A stretch of 56,309 nucleotides of DNA, filler included, from Platydemus manokwari (taxonomy: Eukaryota): assembly GCA_037951405.1 (NCBI GenBank). It is 5 parts of 5 records of this genome, joined end to end, with 100 filler letters (N's around TTAATTAATTAA, not from the genome) between each part and the next. Parts side by side here need not be neighbours in the genome. Positions count along the whole stretch, not along the records: positions 23,684 to 36,409 come from JBBMOY011988043.1; 4 more parts are not named here. The stretch is one strand, 5' to 3'. The notes under the pieces were generated by a model. The model made no database searches and was not told where the DNA came from. It worked only from the letters and a program-made list of their open reading frames with translations. The translations under genes were made by a program, and so were the position numbers. How positions within the stretch are numbered: the stretch's first letter is position 1; each line of letters opens with the position of its first letter. This document shows positions 24,961 to 36,509 of the stretch, piece after piece.

Positions 24961-26946
24961 AATCACTTTTGAAAGGACGGTCAATCATAATTCTTAAAGT
25001 TGATGGAAAAATGTACCAAAGGCACCTTGAGGGAAATTGTGCGTTTGCTTATTTTAAGATTCAGCTGTTTGAAACTTTTTAAACATACTTCCATTGTGAC
25101 TGTTATCCTGGTAAACCAGTTTTAGTAAATTATTTAAAGAGGTTACGAAATACAATTGAAGTTCTCATGGTGCGAAGAATTAAATATAATTATATAGTGG
25201 ATCAAAAGAATTTAAAAGATAAATAAATAATTTAAACTGAAAAATAAAAAAAAATTCGAATTAAAAAATCTTAAAAAATGAAAAAAATATGAAAACTAAA
25301 AATGAAGTAGAGGAAATAAAATGAAAGGAAAAAATAAGAAAAAGAAAAAAATTCGAAAAATAAGTTAAAATATGGAATAAAGTTTAAAAAAATTAAAAAA
25401 TTATCAAATGAATAAAGTAAAAATATAAAAAAACTAAAATTAAAAAGTAAAAAAGTATATACAAATTTTTATCTAGAAATGGATGATTTATTTCGAGAAT
25501 ATGACATTTGTTTTTGTATTAAAAATATTAGAGAATTTATTTATTATTGTTATTTATCAAGACGTAAAGATTACTGAAAACAAAAATATCAAATGGATTC
25601 AGATTATATTTTTGACAAAAAATATTTTAAATAAGTAAACTTATTTTACAAAGGGAAACAATTCTAAATCATTTATGGAATTTAATGAGGTGATCTAATT
25701 TGGCTAGAATCAGCAATTTATCATCAATGATTAGAACCGTTCATAGTTTCGAATAGTTAGAAGTCGTAAATTAATGATTTCATAAATTATCTTACAACTA
25801 ACAAATAAATAAAAAATAATCTATATAATGAATATATTGAATATATTACAAATTAATCGATGTGTAATGCTGGATGTTAAAATCAAGTAAGTCAAGTGAT
25901 CTCAAGATAAATAAAAATCGACAAAAGAACTAAGTGCCACACTACCTGAGCGTCAAACAATGGAAATACTTTTGAGTTCCAACAAATTCTTTTGAACTTT
26001 GTGGGAAGGTGATTAATAAATTAATCACTGATTTCTTGCCGTAGATAGATAAAAATTGTACGAAAATGAAAAATAAATAATTGTCGAGTATGTAAGAAAA
26101 TAAGCTTTTTAAAAATAATTAAAAATTTTGAATAAACATTCTATGAAAAATTATAAAAGAAAATCGTTAGTAATTAGGTTAAATAAAATAATTAATAGAA
26201 AGGCATTTTAAAATTCTCAAGAAAATGACGTATGAAGAATTGAGTTATCAACAAAAATCAATTTAATTTGAAATATACTAAAAAAATAACAAAGACAGAA
26301 AATAAAAATATATCGAACAATTCCACTAATGCCTACGATTTGAAAGGAATTATATTATTAGTAAGGACATAGTCTTAATCTATATCAGCATAATGTTACT
26401 TCTGAGTTCGTTTCTAACTACTTAATTTTATTATTAATCACAAATTATATTCTCTTTTGTTAGTGATAGCTACCTCTTTTAAAGTTGTAGTTTCGTTAGA
26501 AGTGTTTGATTAGATGATTTTCGTAATTTTTATTATTGCAAACAAAGTAAACATTTTAAAATATATTAAAATCTTTTTTGGTAGGCTTCTTTAACTGTCC
26601 ATCTTAATTAGATATATAAATATAAATAAATATAAATAAATAACAAGAAACTAACATCAGAAGCAATTCCAAGCTTAACAGAATAAGGCACAAGAAACTT
26701 TAAGTTTCAATATTGGAAAAAAAAACCGCGGGTGAAAATGTTTAATATGAATTAAATATAATTAAAAATAAATCTATAACTTTTTAATATTCAGTTTCTT
26801 AATAGTATGTTATTTAATCAAATAAGTTTTTCTTTCAAAGTCATTTTAATTAAAATATTATATAATTTCTTTAAATTTAGTATATTTATAATATTTTTCA
26901 AATATAAAAACATCTAAATTTTATTTGAATTTAAGATTTAGATACA

Positions 26947-27318
26947 ATGTCTTATCTTCGTCACATTGCAGCTCAGTCTTTTAAAGAGTATCAATCAGGT
27001 TATAAATCGATGAACCCTATCCTAAAGATGTGGAAAAATTTTGGTTACGATAGGGCCTATTATCCACAAATAGGATTGAAAACAGATGATACGCATATGG
27101 ATTCGCCTGTTCTTTTAGAAGCATTAAAAAGACTACCCAGAGAAGAATTAGAACAACGTAATTTTCGCATTAATACAGCTTTTCAACTTTCATTGAGGAA
27201 AGAAATACTACCAAAAGATCAATGGATTGATATATTAAATGATGACCCGTATCTTAAGCCATATATGGATCTAGTTAAAAAAGAATTTGAAGAATATAAC
27301 GATTGGGATTTACGATAA
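26947..27318 (+). CDS. UQCRB: Cytochrome b-c1 complex subunit 7 (UCR_14kD family)
   Basis: Single-exon 123-aa ORF with Y.QIGLKTDD, EALKRLP, RNFRI..A.QLSLRKEILPKDQW, D.PYLKPY...V.KE..E...WD. Confidence 0.95.
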   Translation: MSYLRHIAAQSFKEYQSGYKSMNPILKMWKNFGYDRAYYPQIGLKTDDTHMDSPVLLEALKRLPREELEQRNFRINTAFQLSLRKEILPKDQWIDILNDDPYLKPYMDLVKKEFEEYNDWDLR

Positions 27319-27424
27319 AATGAATTTTGTCATATTATTCGATAAAGTTTAATTAAAATTAGTTTATAGTTTTATTATCAATTAAATAATTTTCTAATCG
27401 CATATAAATCTCAATTATATTTAT

Positions 27425-28144
27425 TTATGAACTGTCTGAATAATACGATTCTGAAGAAGATACAATATGTTCGTTAAATTTGACTGCTTTTGATTTTCGT
27501 TTATTTTTTTTCGATTTGAGACTAGTTTTTGGCTTTTGATGAACTTGCAATGGAGCAACATGCAAAACTACAGTATTACTCGAAGTTGATTCGTTAATAG
27601 TTGTGGGTAAGTTTAAAATTTGATAATTTGATTTGATTATAGTATTTGAGAAACTTCCTGTCGAGGGGTAAAGTTTTTGAATTCTATCTGGAATTAATTT
27701 ACTTGTATTATTATTAGGCTTATTTTCAAGTGGTTTTTTGTTGATTAGATTTTCTTTGAGATTCAAATTTTTTCCGTTTGTATTAGGTTGAGGTGTAATA
27801 AAAAACAAACTTTTATCTAGCTGAGGTAATGAAGAATTACGATGTTCGTTCTTTGATTGTTTCTGTCGAGATTCTATTGATTTAGATGAACTGTGAAGAG
27901 GACTATGATACATTACACCAACATTTGTATGATTCTTAAATTGGTCAAGATCCGAATTTTCTAAATTATTATCTAATTCAGAGATTAATTTAGCTAGATT
28001 ACTCTTGTCAGATTCAGTTGGATAAATCTGTTTTTCTGATATGTCTGATTTTGGTTTAACCTCTTGAACAGAGTAATCAAATTTTTTATTACTATTACCA
28101 ATAGAGATTGATTTAAAACAGAATAGTCTTTTAAAAGTAATTTT
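27425..28144 (-). CDS. Orphan Ser/Asn/Lys-rich protein, terminal exon (5' structure unresolved)
   Basis: A stop-free frame of 240 codons, 77 codons longer than the ATG-based ORF call, is unlikely by chance in this AT-rich DNA. It ends in KKNKRKSKAVKFNEHIVSSSESYYSDSS*, with a minus-strand AATAAA at 27376-27371. Confidence 0.65.
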   Translation of the reverse strand, partial: KITFKRLFCFKSISIGNSNKKFDYSVQEVKPKSDISEKQIYPTESDKSNLAKLISELDNNLENSDLDQFKNHTNVGVMYHSPLHSSSKSIESRQKQSKNEHRNSSLPQLDKSLFFITPQPNTNGKNLNLKENLINKKPLENKPNNNTSKLIPDRIQKLYPSTGSFSNTIIKSNYQILNLPTTINESTSSNTVVLHVAPLQVHQKPKTSLKSKKNKRKSKAVKFNEHIVSSSESYYSDSS

Positions 28145-28699
28145 TCAAAATCAATGATGCTAGTATAAAATAGATTTTCATGTTTATTATTTTCTAATAT
28201 TTATTAGAATAAATATTGAATAAAGTTGGTATTAAACTACTGAACGAAATTTCCCGATTGTGTTTAAAAGATTTTTATCATTATAACTGACAAGTAAAAT
28301 TTGAACTGAATTTTATACAAATAATATTCAGATATTCTTGTATATAGAAATGTAAATAAATGATAAATATAAACAATACTCATTAGTATGGAAATAAATT
28401 TTTATCGGCATTAATTCAAATAATTCGTCAACTTATTCGATCTTCAACAATTTTATTATAATGCTTATAAATTTTTATTAAATTTTCTTTTACTCTTGCA
28501 AGTTAAAAAATTATTGAATTTTTAATTGGTCTTAATATGAACTAATTTTGCATGTCAAAGTTTTAAATTTATATTTTATGTTTTGCATGTATGTATTTGT
28601 ATAAATTTTCCTACCGTAAATTCAAGGGTTATGATATTTTTGTACATCATAGTTACTTGAAATATTATGATTAAAAATAATAACGACAAAATTCCATTT

Positions 28700-28900
28700 A
28701 TGTTCTGGAGTGTGGTATAAAAGGAGTTCAAAATACGATTGAGCTTTGTGCGAAATTGATTTACGCCGAATGTGGTTACTAATTCCCGTTAGTTTTCAAA
28801 TTTGATGTTAATCGAATGATGGCCACAAACAAGTCAGTTCGATAGTGCGGATAAGACCACACAAATGACGTTAGCTTAGTGTGTGGCCTCCGCTGTTCAA
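28700..28900 (-). mobile_element. Possible 3' end of a CR1/L2-like LINE ORF2, decayed
   Basis: GGHTLS resembles RGHxLKL, followed by ELVTTFGVNQFRTKLNRI, which resembles VVxAxSVNxFKxxLD. Confidence 0.4.
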
Positions 28901-29675
28901 TGTCAAGAGCTGAGGTTAAGAGGCATAAATGATTGAAACATTCAGACCGGGCCTGGCAAAAACTTGAGTTAAGTATGAAGATAATTATTAAATTTAATGT
29001 TTCCTTTTTAATTGCTTTTTGGGATTCTTTTCAATGATTTATTTGGTAAATTAATTAACAGTAAAAATGCATCGTTTTTAAGTTCCAACATTTGGAATTC
29101 ATTTCGTTGATAAATTCAGAAATTTAATTATCTGTGATACTACATCTATATCACAAAAGTAATGTTTATCGTACAATATAAAAAGGACTAAATATAAAAT
29201 TACATTAAAAAATATGAATGAAGAATATATACTCACTTGAGTTAGAGGTTTGTGGACAGATAATCATTTGACAAAAATTATTTGTGAAGGACATGTTCTG
29301 GATGTGAAACTCTAAATTACTTTTAGATATCATTGAAGTAGTTACATGCTGCTGAGACAAAGTTTAACAGGTGGCACATCAAATTCAAGATATTTAATTG
29401 CAAAAGAATAAATTATGTTTGATATTTGTCTTCTGTTTATAAGCCGAAATATTTGTTGGGCATTTCAACAAATAAATAATGCAATCTTTTCATAAGTTTT
29501 TGATAGAAATATATCATAAATGACAACACGAACAAATAACATAACAATTAATAACAATATTCATTTTCGTCAACAAACATTTCTATTAAAATGAAATAGA
29601 TTTTGCCATAACACATTGACTAAGTCATATTATTATATTAAATTTAAAAAAAACAAAGTTTTTCTAAAAATCTAT

Positions 29676-32600
29676 TCAAATCAAAAATCTGTGATCAACC
29701 AAAGTTTTGTTTGCCAAATTATGAGCTCCACATGCATTTCGAATTAGTTTGAGGATCTATATTTACAATAATAAATCGGATATATCGATAATTCCAAAAA
29801 TATTTACCGTGACTAATCCCCATGTTATAAAGGCATCAAAGACGGTATTTTTCAATATCAAATCGACAACACAGAACAATAAAATATCAAAAGTGATAAG
29901 AGATAATTCTTGACCATAGAACAAGATATTACCGAATGATGTGCCATTATCTGTCAAATAATATTTACTTCATCTAAAAAAACCAATAAAATACCTCGAT
30001 AAAATCGTCCTTCAATTGAGTTGTCTTCAAATTCACCATCGAAAACATCTTCAAAAAACTTTCTATCTTCATATCGAAAGGTAATTCGGGGAAGATTTGT
30101 CTAAAAAGTCAGTTTAGATTTAGAAAATTTAACTCGAAACAATTTATCAGAAATTCTAGAATGATGAATGTTTTCGATCGATTATTGATTTTTATTCATA
30201 ACACCGAGTTCATTTTATCGAATTGGATTTGTTTGAGTTATATAAAATATATTGATATTATTAATATGCAAACATTTTGGAGTTGTTTATCCTTAAAAGA
30301 ATTTGTGAGGACAAATGATTAATAAATACTAACAACCAATCAAGTGATTTACTAATATTGAATTTTATAATTGTAAAGAGACATTTGGAATAAATTTGAA
30401 ATAATCATTATTTTTATTAGAATTCTAATATCACAGAACAATTTCAACAATACCCGGTTAATAAATCTGTCCAGAAATTTGTTCACTTCTAGATATTGTA
30501 GAGTTCTACTCTCTTCTGCCAAACGCGTTCCAATCGGTCGATAAATAGCATCTAAACCATCACGGAAATTGTTTGGTAAGGCCATTATATATGTTTGCTG
30601 CATTGAATCACTTTCTAAACCACGTTTGGCACAACTACCAGCATTTTCTTTTTGAAGTGCAACGTACATTTCAGCTAAGGAAACATCCGCTGTACCATGT
30701 ACACTGCGTCCATGAATGTAATAACCAAATTGCCTGTGAGCCAAAATGAATACCGATACATTTGATACAGAGCACAAGTCGACATAGTTGCGAAGTGTAT
30801 CTTTGATTAATCGTTCATATATGAGTATTGTAAACAGCCATTGTAAAAATCCTAAGATGGGACATTTGTAGATAAAATACAACAATGAAACGCTTATATG
30901 AATACTAAATTGGTTTTAAAATGTTTTAAAGCATTTAAATATACAAAAACTTATAAATATTAAAAAATTAGAAATATAAAATATCAGAGTACCCAGAACA
31001 CTGAAATTATCAAAGAATAAAAACCAATAAAATTAGATATTTTTTAAAATTACAAACAACTTTTTTAGGTTCGACTTGGCTAGTTAGTTTTTCTAAAAAG
31101 TAAGATGGCGACATCACTAACGGATTTGTGATATTATTGGTTAACAGACGTTATTTAGATGTTATCGTATTATCCAATCAAATCGGATTATTATATAAAC
31201 TGTCAATATCAAGTTATTTTTGAAAAAAAGGGATTTTCTATTTTACTATAAAGGTATTCGGTAAATTCTATCAAATAACAAATTTTAATTTTGATAAAAA
31301 GTAAAATGCAACGACATCTTCGAACAAACGGAAACATGTGAATAGATTGATTTCAACGAATAAAAATAATAAATGAAATGCAATTATTGATGTAAAAATA
31401 ATAAAAAAACACTACCTGTAATAGCAAATATCGATACAATCACTGAAAATCGAAACATTCGATAATAAGGAGCAGCATATGCATTTTGATTAGGTTGGTA
31501 AATAACAAATGGATCAAATCGGGTAATGTTTCCAAATCCAATAACTTCCATAAACAATATCACAATCATCAGATTGAACACCAATGATGTTTTTCGATAG
31601 GTTTGGATCTCATTCCATTCATTGGCAATGAAATAACTTCGCCAAATAGAAACACTGGTACAGTGTTGGATTTTATCCTTAGGAGGAGCCGTCTGATCGC
31701 CATTACTGTCAGTGTAATCGAATTTCGATCGTTCAATAACTAAGCATGAAAAATAAATAAATAAATATAGATAGATAGATAGATAGATAGATAGACAGAT
31801 AGATAGATATATCAAAAAAACAAATATAATTTGACATTTTATCCCATACCCGGTTTCGGTGCTAACAAATGTTTCGGTCGTTCCCAATCGATCAGGAAAA
31901 TATCAACGGTACATTGAGTGATAAAAATATGAACGATTTCCAATAATTTCAACAGAAATGCTGAAATGAGATAAGCCACAAAGAATGTATCATCATCGGG
32001 AGGAATGATGGTGAATAATGTTTGATTCTAGAAACAATGAATGTCATTCATTATCAAAACCAATGGTAATCACAAAACCCACAAACCGTACCTTGTATAA
32101 CAATAGAAAATACAAGCTCACACCAAAAATCACGAGAAAGAACACATTCGATATGGAAGCACACGCATAAGCTAACAATTTCAACAACACCAGTCCTTCA
32201 AATCCCGTAATACCGGAACGACGACACCAAAAAAATGAACGCAAAATAGCATAAAGTCCTGCCAGAGCACACATAACACCCATGGCAACGCTAATACTAT
32301 ATCGGAATCCAGATGTATAATCGGAATCGTTGTAATACATCACTTCAAACGATACATCGCCCATAGCATTGACCGTCGATGTCGATATCGTTGTAAAATT
32401 GACTTCTAGAATTGGCTGTAAAATCTTTCCATCATTAGCAATATTAAAGGAATTTGATGATATTTTTATCACTGAAAGTCTCATTGAACTAGCATATCGG
32501 ACAAATTGAGCAGCTTAACCAATGAAATCGTTTTGATTCATGCTCTATCAATCAATTGCAATTTACTTTTGTTTGTTGAAAATTCCACTGAAACACTTCC

Positions 32601-34940
32601 TACATTGTCAACTAGAAGCAATCTTCTGACAAATACGGGAACATTATTGATTCTGATTGGAATGGGATAAAGTTGTACGGTTGTACCATCATTATAAACG
32701 ATATCTAAACCAATCAAAACATCACAATAGATAAATCAATCGAATCCAATCGAATCACACTACTAACATGGATCATAGAAAATTGGTTGGAAGAGAGATT
32801 GATTAGCTAATTGACTGATTGGAATGGAACACTATATGGTGAGAATATATATATTAAAATGATTAAATATGGATATCAAACAACAGTTTCGATATAATTG
32901 GTACCGAATCGAAATGTTTCAGCTCGATTCACGGCAGTATTGGTACACAATTGCAAATTGTAAGTGTCAGTAGCGTTGCGTAAACCTAAGAATTGACCGG
33001 AAATATCATAAGCTGCAAGCATGATTTGAATTGATTCGCCTCTCCTATATTGATGTTGAATTTGTTGATTAGGAGATGTTAACGATTCAGAATAATAAAG
33101 CCATGGAAATCCATTTTTCCTAATAATAACGAAAATAATCTCTATATTGATAGATAAATCATTCCGTCAGATATTCATTCTAAACAAATATCCAAGCCAA
33201 ATTTCGCAACCAGAGAATAAACGAAATGCTTTTATGACAAAAAGAAAAATAATTCTTAAAATATTAATAACTGGCAAATTTGATAAACTGAAAATAGACT
33301 GGATATATTTGAACTTAGATCATAGTCAAACAACTTGAAAAATATTTTATTTATATTAAAAATCTTAATGAAATAATCATCCCAAAAATTCATTATAATA
33401 ATCTTGAATACAAGAAAAATTGCGCAATTTTTTTGGTTACTAAATCGAATAACAAAATTTCAAAAGCTGATTGGTTGAATCAAATCAACCAATTAAATTG
33501 ATCTGATAATAACTAATACATGGCACGTAAATACAACAATGACAATACCATGGTGACACTTTCATGGTGACACCGGTTTTGTATTTCCTTTTACTCATTA
33601 TCAAGTAGTCCATTTAAACCAACAATTCCATAATCTATTACCTATGGATTCGAACCCACACCCAGTTAATTCATTACTCTCACATACGATAAGGTCGTAT
33701 AGACCTGTTGTAATTGCATTATAGTTCCATATCAACACATTTCTGACATTTATAATAAAATTATTAATGCAAAATACTAATAAATAACAAGTTGCTCACT
33801 TTGTGAAGAGTGGACCTCGTCTTGAATCCATGACCCCATAAAAACTACAAGGTCCACCTCTTGGCACTCTATAATTGGGCACATTATACATGTCCATCAC
33901 ACACATATTGGCCAGACTCTGACAGCCAGAATCAATATTAGCCTATAGTGAAATATTATCCACACAATCATTGAATGTTATTCATCTTACAATACAGAGA
34001 GCGAAATTGTCCAGAATATTTAATGAAACGTATCCAGATAGAATTGCCTGGAGATAAAATGAAGAAATCAATGTCAAAATGTAATTAATAAATATTTAAT
34101 GCATGACTGACTCCGTTATAATTCAAACTCGCAAATGTCGCAGGAGCCGAATACTCAACACCGTAAGAATTTATATTATTAATGCATGCTGTAGGTGTCG
34201 CCTAAAATATTAATAAAACTTTATCAAGAAAATTGTGTATCAATTGTATACATAATAGCCTGAAGGACAAGTACAAGTACCCTGACCTGTATTGAGTTTG
34301 TTTAAACAAAACTGACATCTAAATTAACAATTAACAAAATATAGATATTTGAACGAATCTACTGATTATTTGTCGATAAATATCTTTGAGCACACTGCTT
34401 ACACGTAGTATTAGTTTGAGCTCCAGTTATATCAGTGCTACCTAAATGATGTCATTTATTATAAGGCAACTATGTTAGTTAAAAACCAAACTCAAAATTT
34501 GATCATTATTATTACCGCATCCTGTACACGAAGATTGCGCGCAAAGAATACAACTCCAGCCATCTGGTGAAGGATAAAAATTCTGAAATGATTACAAGTT
34601 GATGACTGAAATTTTATGTATTATTTAGTTTACATTTGGACACGGTGTACAAGTAATTTCCGCACCTCCACCATTTTTTGTATATATAGAATTAGCCGCA
34701 CAAACACAAGAAAGTCCTTTAGAATAAGCTAAAAGTGGAATTCTAAATTATGAATTCTAATTTACCGTTTGAACTTTGAACAGAATTAGCAGGGCAGGAA
34801 ATGCATGTCATATCAGTTGATGATAAATATTGTGACGATGAACATCTTGGGATATATTGAATTGGATTTTGGCATTTTGTAAGAATAAGAAAATTAGATA
34901 TTAAAGCGAAAATAAAAATCATTTGGATGTTAATTAACAT
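29676..34940 (-). CDS. TMEM67: Meckelin / transmembrane protein 67 (ciliary transition zone), about 18 exons
   Basis: Manual splicing with canonical GT-AG introns (mostly 44-65 nt) keeps one frame. It gives a signal peptide, a Cys-rich ectodomain, CQSLANMCVM, GFPWLYY, FRFGTNY, VRRLLLVDNV, VDIFLIDWERP, VSIWRSYFIANEWNEIQ, YVDLCSVSNVSVFIL..FGYYIHGRSVHGTAD and NLANKTLVDHRFLI*. The start is at 34940 or 34922. Confidence 0.97.
31767..31808. repeat. (GATA)n microsatellite in a TMEM67 intron
   Basis: About 10 ATAG units, one of them ACAG. Confidence 0.95.
33640..33706 (-). other. tRNA-like fragment (B-box / T-arm), possible SINE head or tRNA pseudogene, intronic
   Basis: Minus strand has GTGGGTTCGAATCCA (canonical B-box GGTTCGAATCC), with GGTCTA about 40 nt upstream. 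No full cloverleaf. Confidence 0.35.
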
Positions 34941-35689
34941 AATAACATAATTGAAAATTCTTGTTGCTATTTGAAACAAGATTTATATCAGTTAAACAAT
35001 TTTATTTATAATTCTATTGTTGATATATCTTGTTAAATTGTTATTAAGTTAAATTATATTTAAAATTAGGAAAACGGTGCATTATAAAATGTTAAATAAA
35101 ATTTTTTCTATATTCTCAAATTGAAAAATATGTTCATTTTATAAATCAAGACAAATAAAAACTAAAGAAATAATTTTTAGGGCAACAATAAAGTAAAGAA
35201 AAATATTTTGCTAATGTGTAATGTTCTATTTTTTAAATATATTGCTTGGTCTAACAAATATTGAGAAATCTGTTCCGTACAGAAGTTGAAAGGACAACTA
35301 TTAAAATTTTTCATACTTCTAATCAAATAGTGATTTGATGAACATTGTACTCATAAGAAAAATTTTAATTTTTTTTGGTTAATTGTGGTTTTTTTGAATT
35401 TCCTGGAAATATTCTAAAGTATAATTAATAATTTATAATTTCCAAAAAACGAAGAAAAAATATGAAGATAGGAAGATAACATAAAATTTTTGTTTTTGAA
35501 ATTTAAATGATTTTCATTTAAATAATTTTAATTTAATGAAATATTAGAAATATTGGTAGAGTAGCGGATAAAATAACAGCTCTTACTTACAAAAAATACC
35601 ATCCGTGATTATATTTGATTTGCAATGAAATTTTGACAGTAATTTTATGTTGATTAACGTACTTAAAAACACATGTCATAAATTAATAT

Positions 35690-36115
35690 ATACTTCATCA
35701 CGAACTCATGCTATTGAATTGAGCAACACAAATCCAACACAAATCTGAATACTAAAATGAATTACATTTGTTTAACAGCATTAATTAAACCAAATTGTTT
35801 TCGACATCGGTAATTAAATGAATTTGCAGACTTAAATTTTAAAAGATATTATTAGATTTGCGTCTTTGAAAACAAAGTTAAATTAATTTAAACAAAGAGT
35901 TAAAGAAGGAGAAAAAAATTGTAGACGCGACTTCTCTTGATCATCCAGTAAATCAGGTGAAATTTATCGTTGTGCAATTGGAATGAAGTTCTTGTAAAAA
36001 TTTGGGGAAACTTTTAAAATTAATGGAACTCTATCGTGGACAATCAGTAACAACTGCGACTTTGACTAATATTCGATAGACAAAGTCATTTACTACTACA
36101 ATCTGAAGGATAACT
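35690..36115 (+). mobile_element. Possible highly decayed hAT transposase remnant
   Basis: ILHHELML resembles CxxHxExL, and a later LTNI...LQSEG resembles LxDIFxxLNxLNxxLQG. Heavily frameshifted. Confidence 0.3.
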
Positions 36116-36319
36116 ATCAAATTTGATGTATCATGTAATAAATTCGATAACTCTAAAACCTGTGAGCCCCAAAAGTTAGGTATTAATGCTTTCTACCAGT
36201 CAGTCTTGTTCTTTGTTTTATAAAATTAAAGTCAAAGCTAAACTTGTGAGATCGTGAAACCTGAGTAATTAATTGGAGACGAGATTGGAGTTGCTTTTCA
36301 TAATTATAGGGTTATGCAT

Positions 36320-36409
36320 AAATATATAGACTTTTATTCAAAAATATATAGACATTTATTCAATAATATATAGACATTTATTCAATAATATATAGACATT
36401 TATTCAATA
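36320..36409. repeat. 22-bp minisatellite running into the contig end
   Basis: About 4 copies of caataatatatagacatttatt. Confidence 0.92.
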
Positions 36410-36509
36410 NNNNNNNNNNNNNNNNNNNNNNNNNNNNNNNNNNNNNNNNNNNNTTAATTAATTAANNNNNNNNNNNNNNNNNNNNNNNNNNNNNNNNNNN
36501 NNNNNNNNN
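36410..36509. other. Artificial contig linker
   Basis: N44-TTAATTAATTAA-N44. Confidence 0.97.

Noticed and set aside
33644-33743. Apparent extra TMEM67 exon (NVLIWNYNAITTGLYDLIV...)
   Set aside because: Its available donors break frame with the next exon, whereas direct splicing from 33800 to 33119 gives KKNGFPWLYY in frame.
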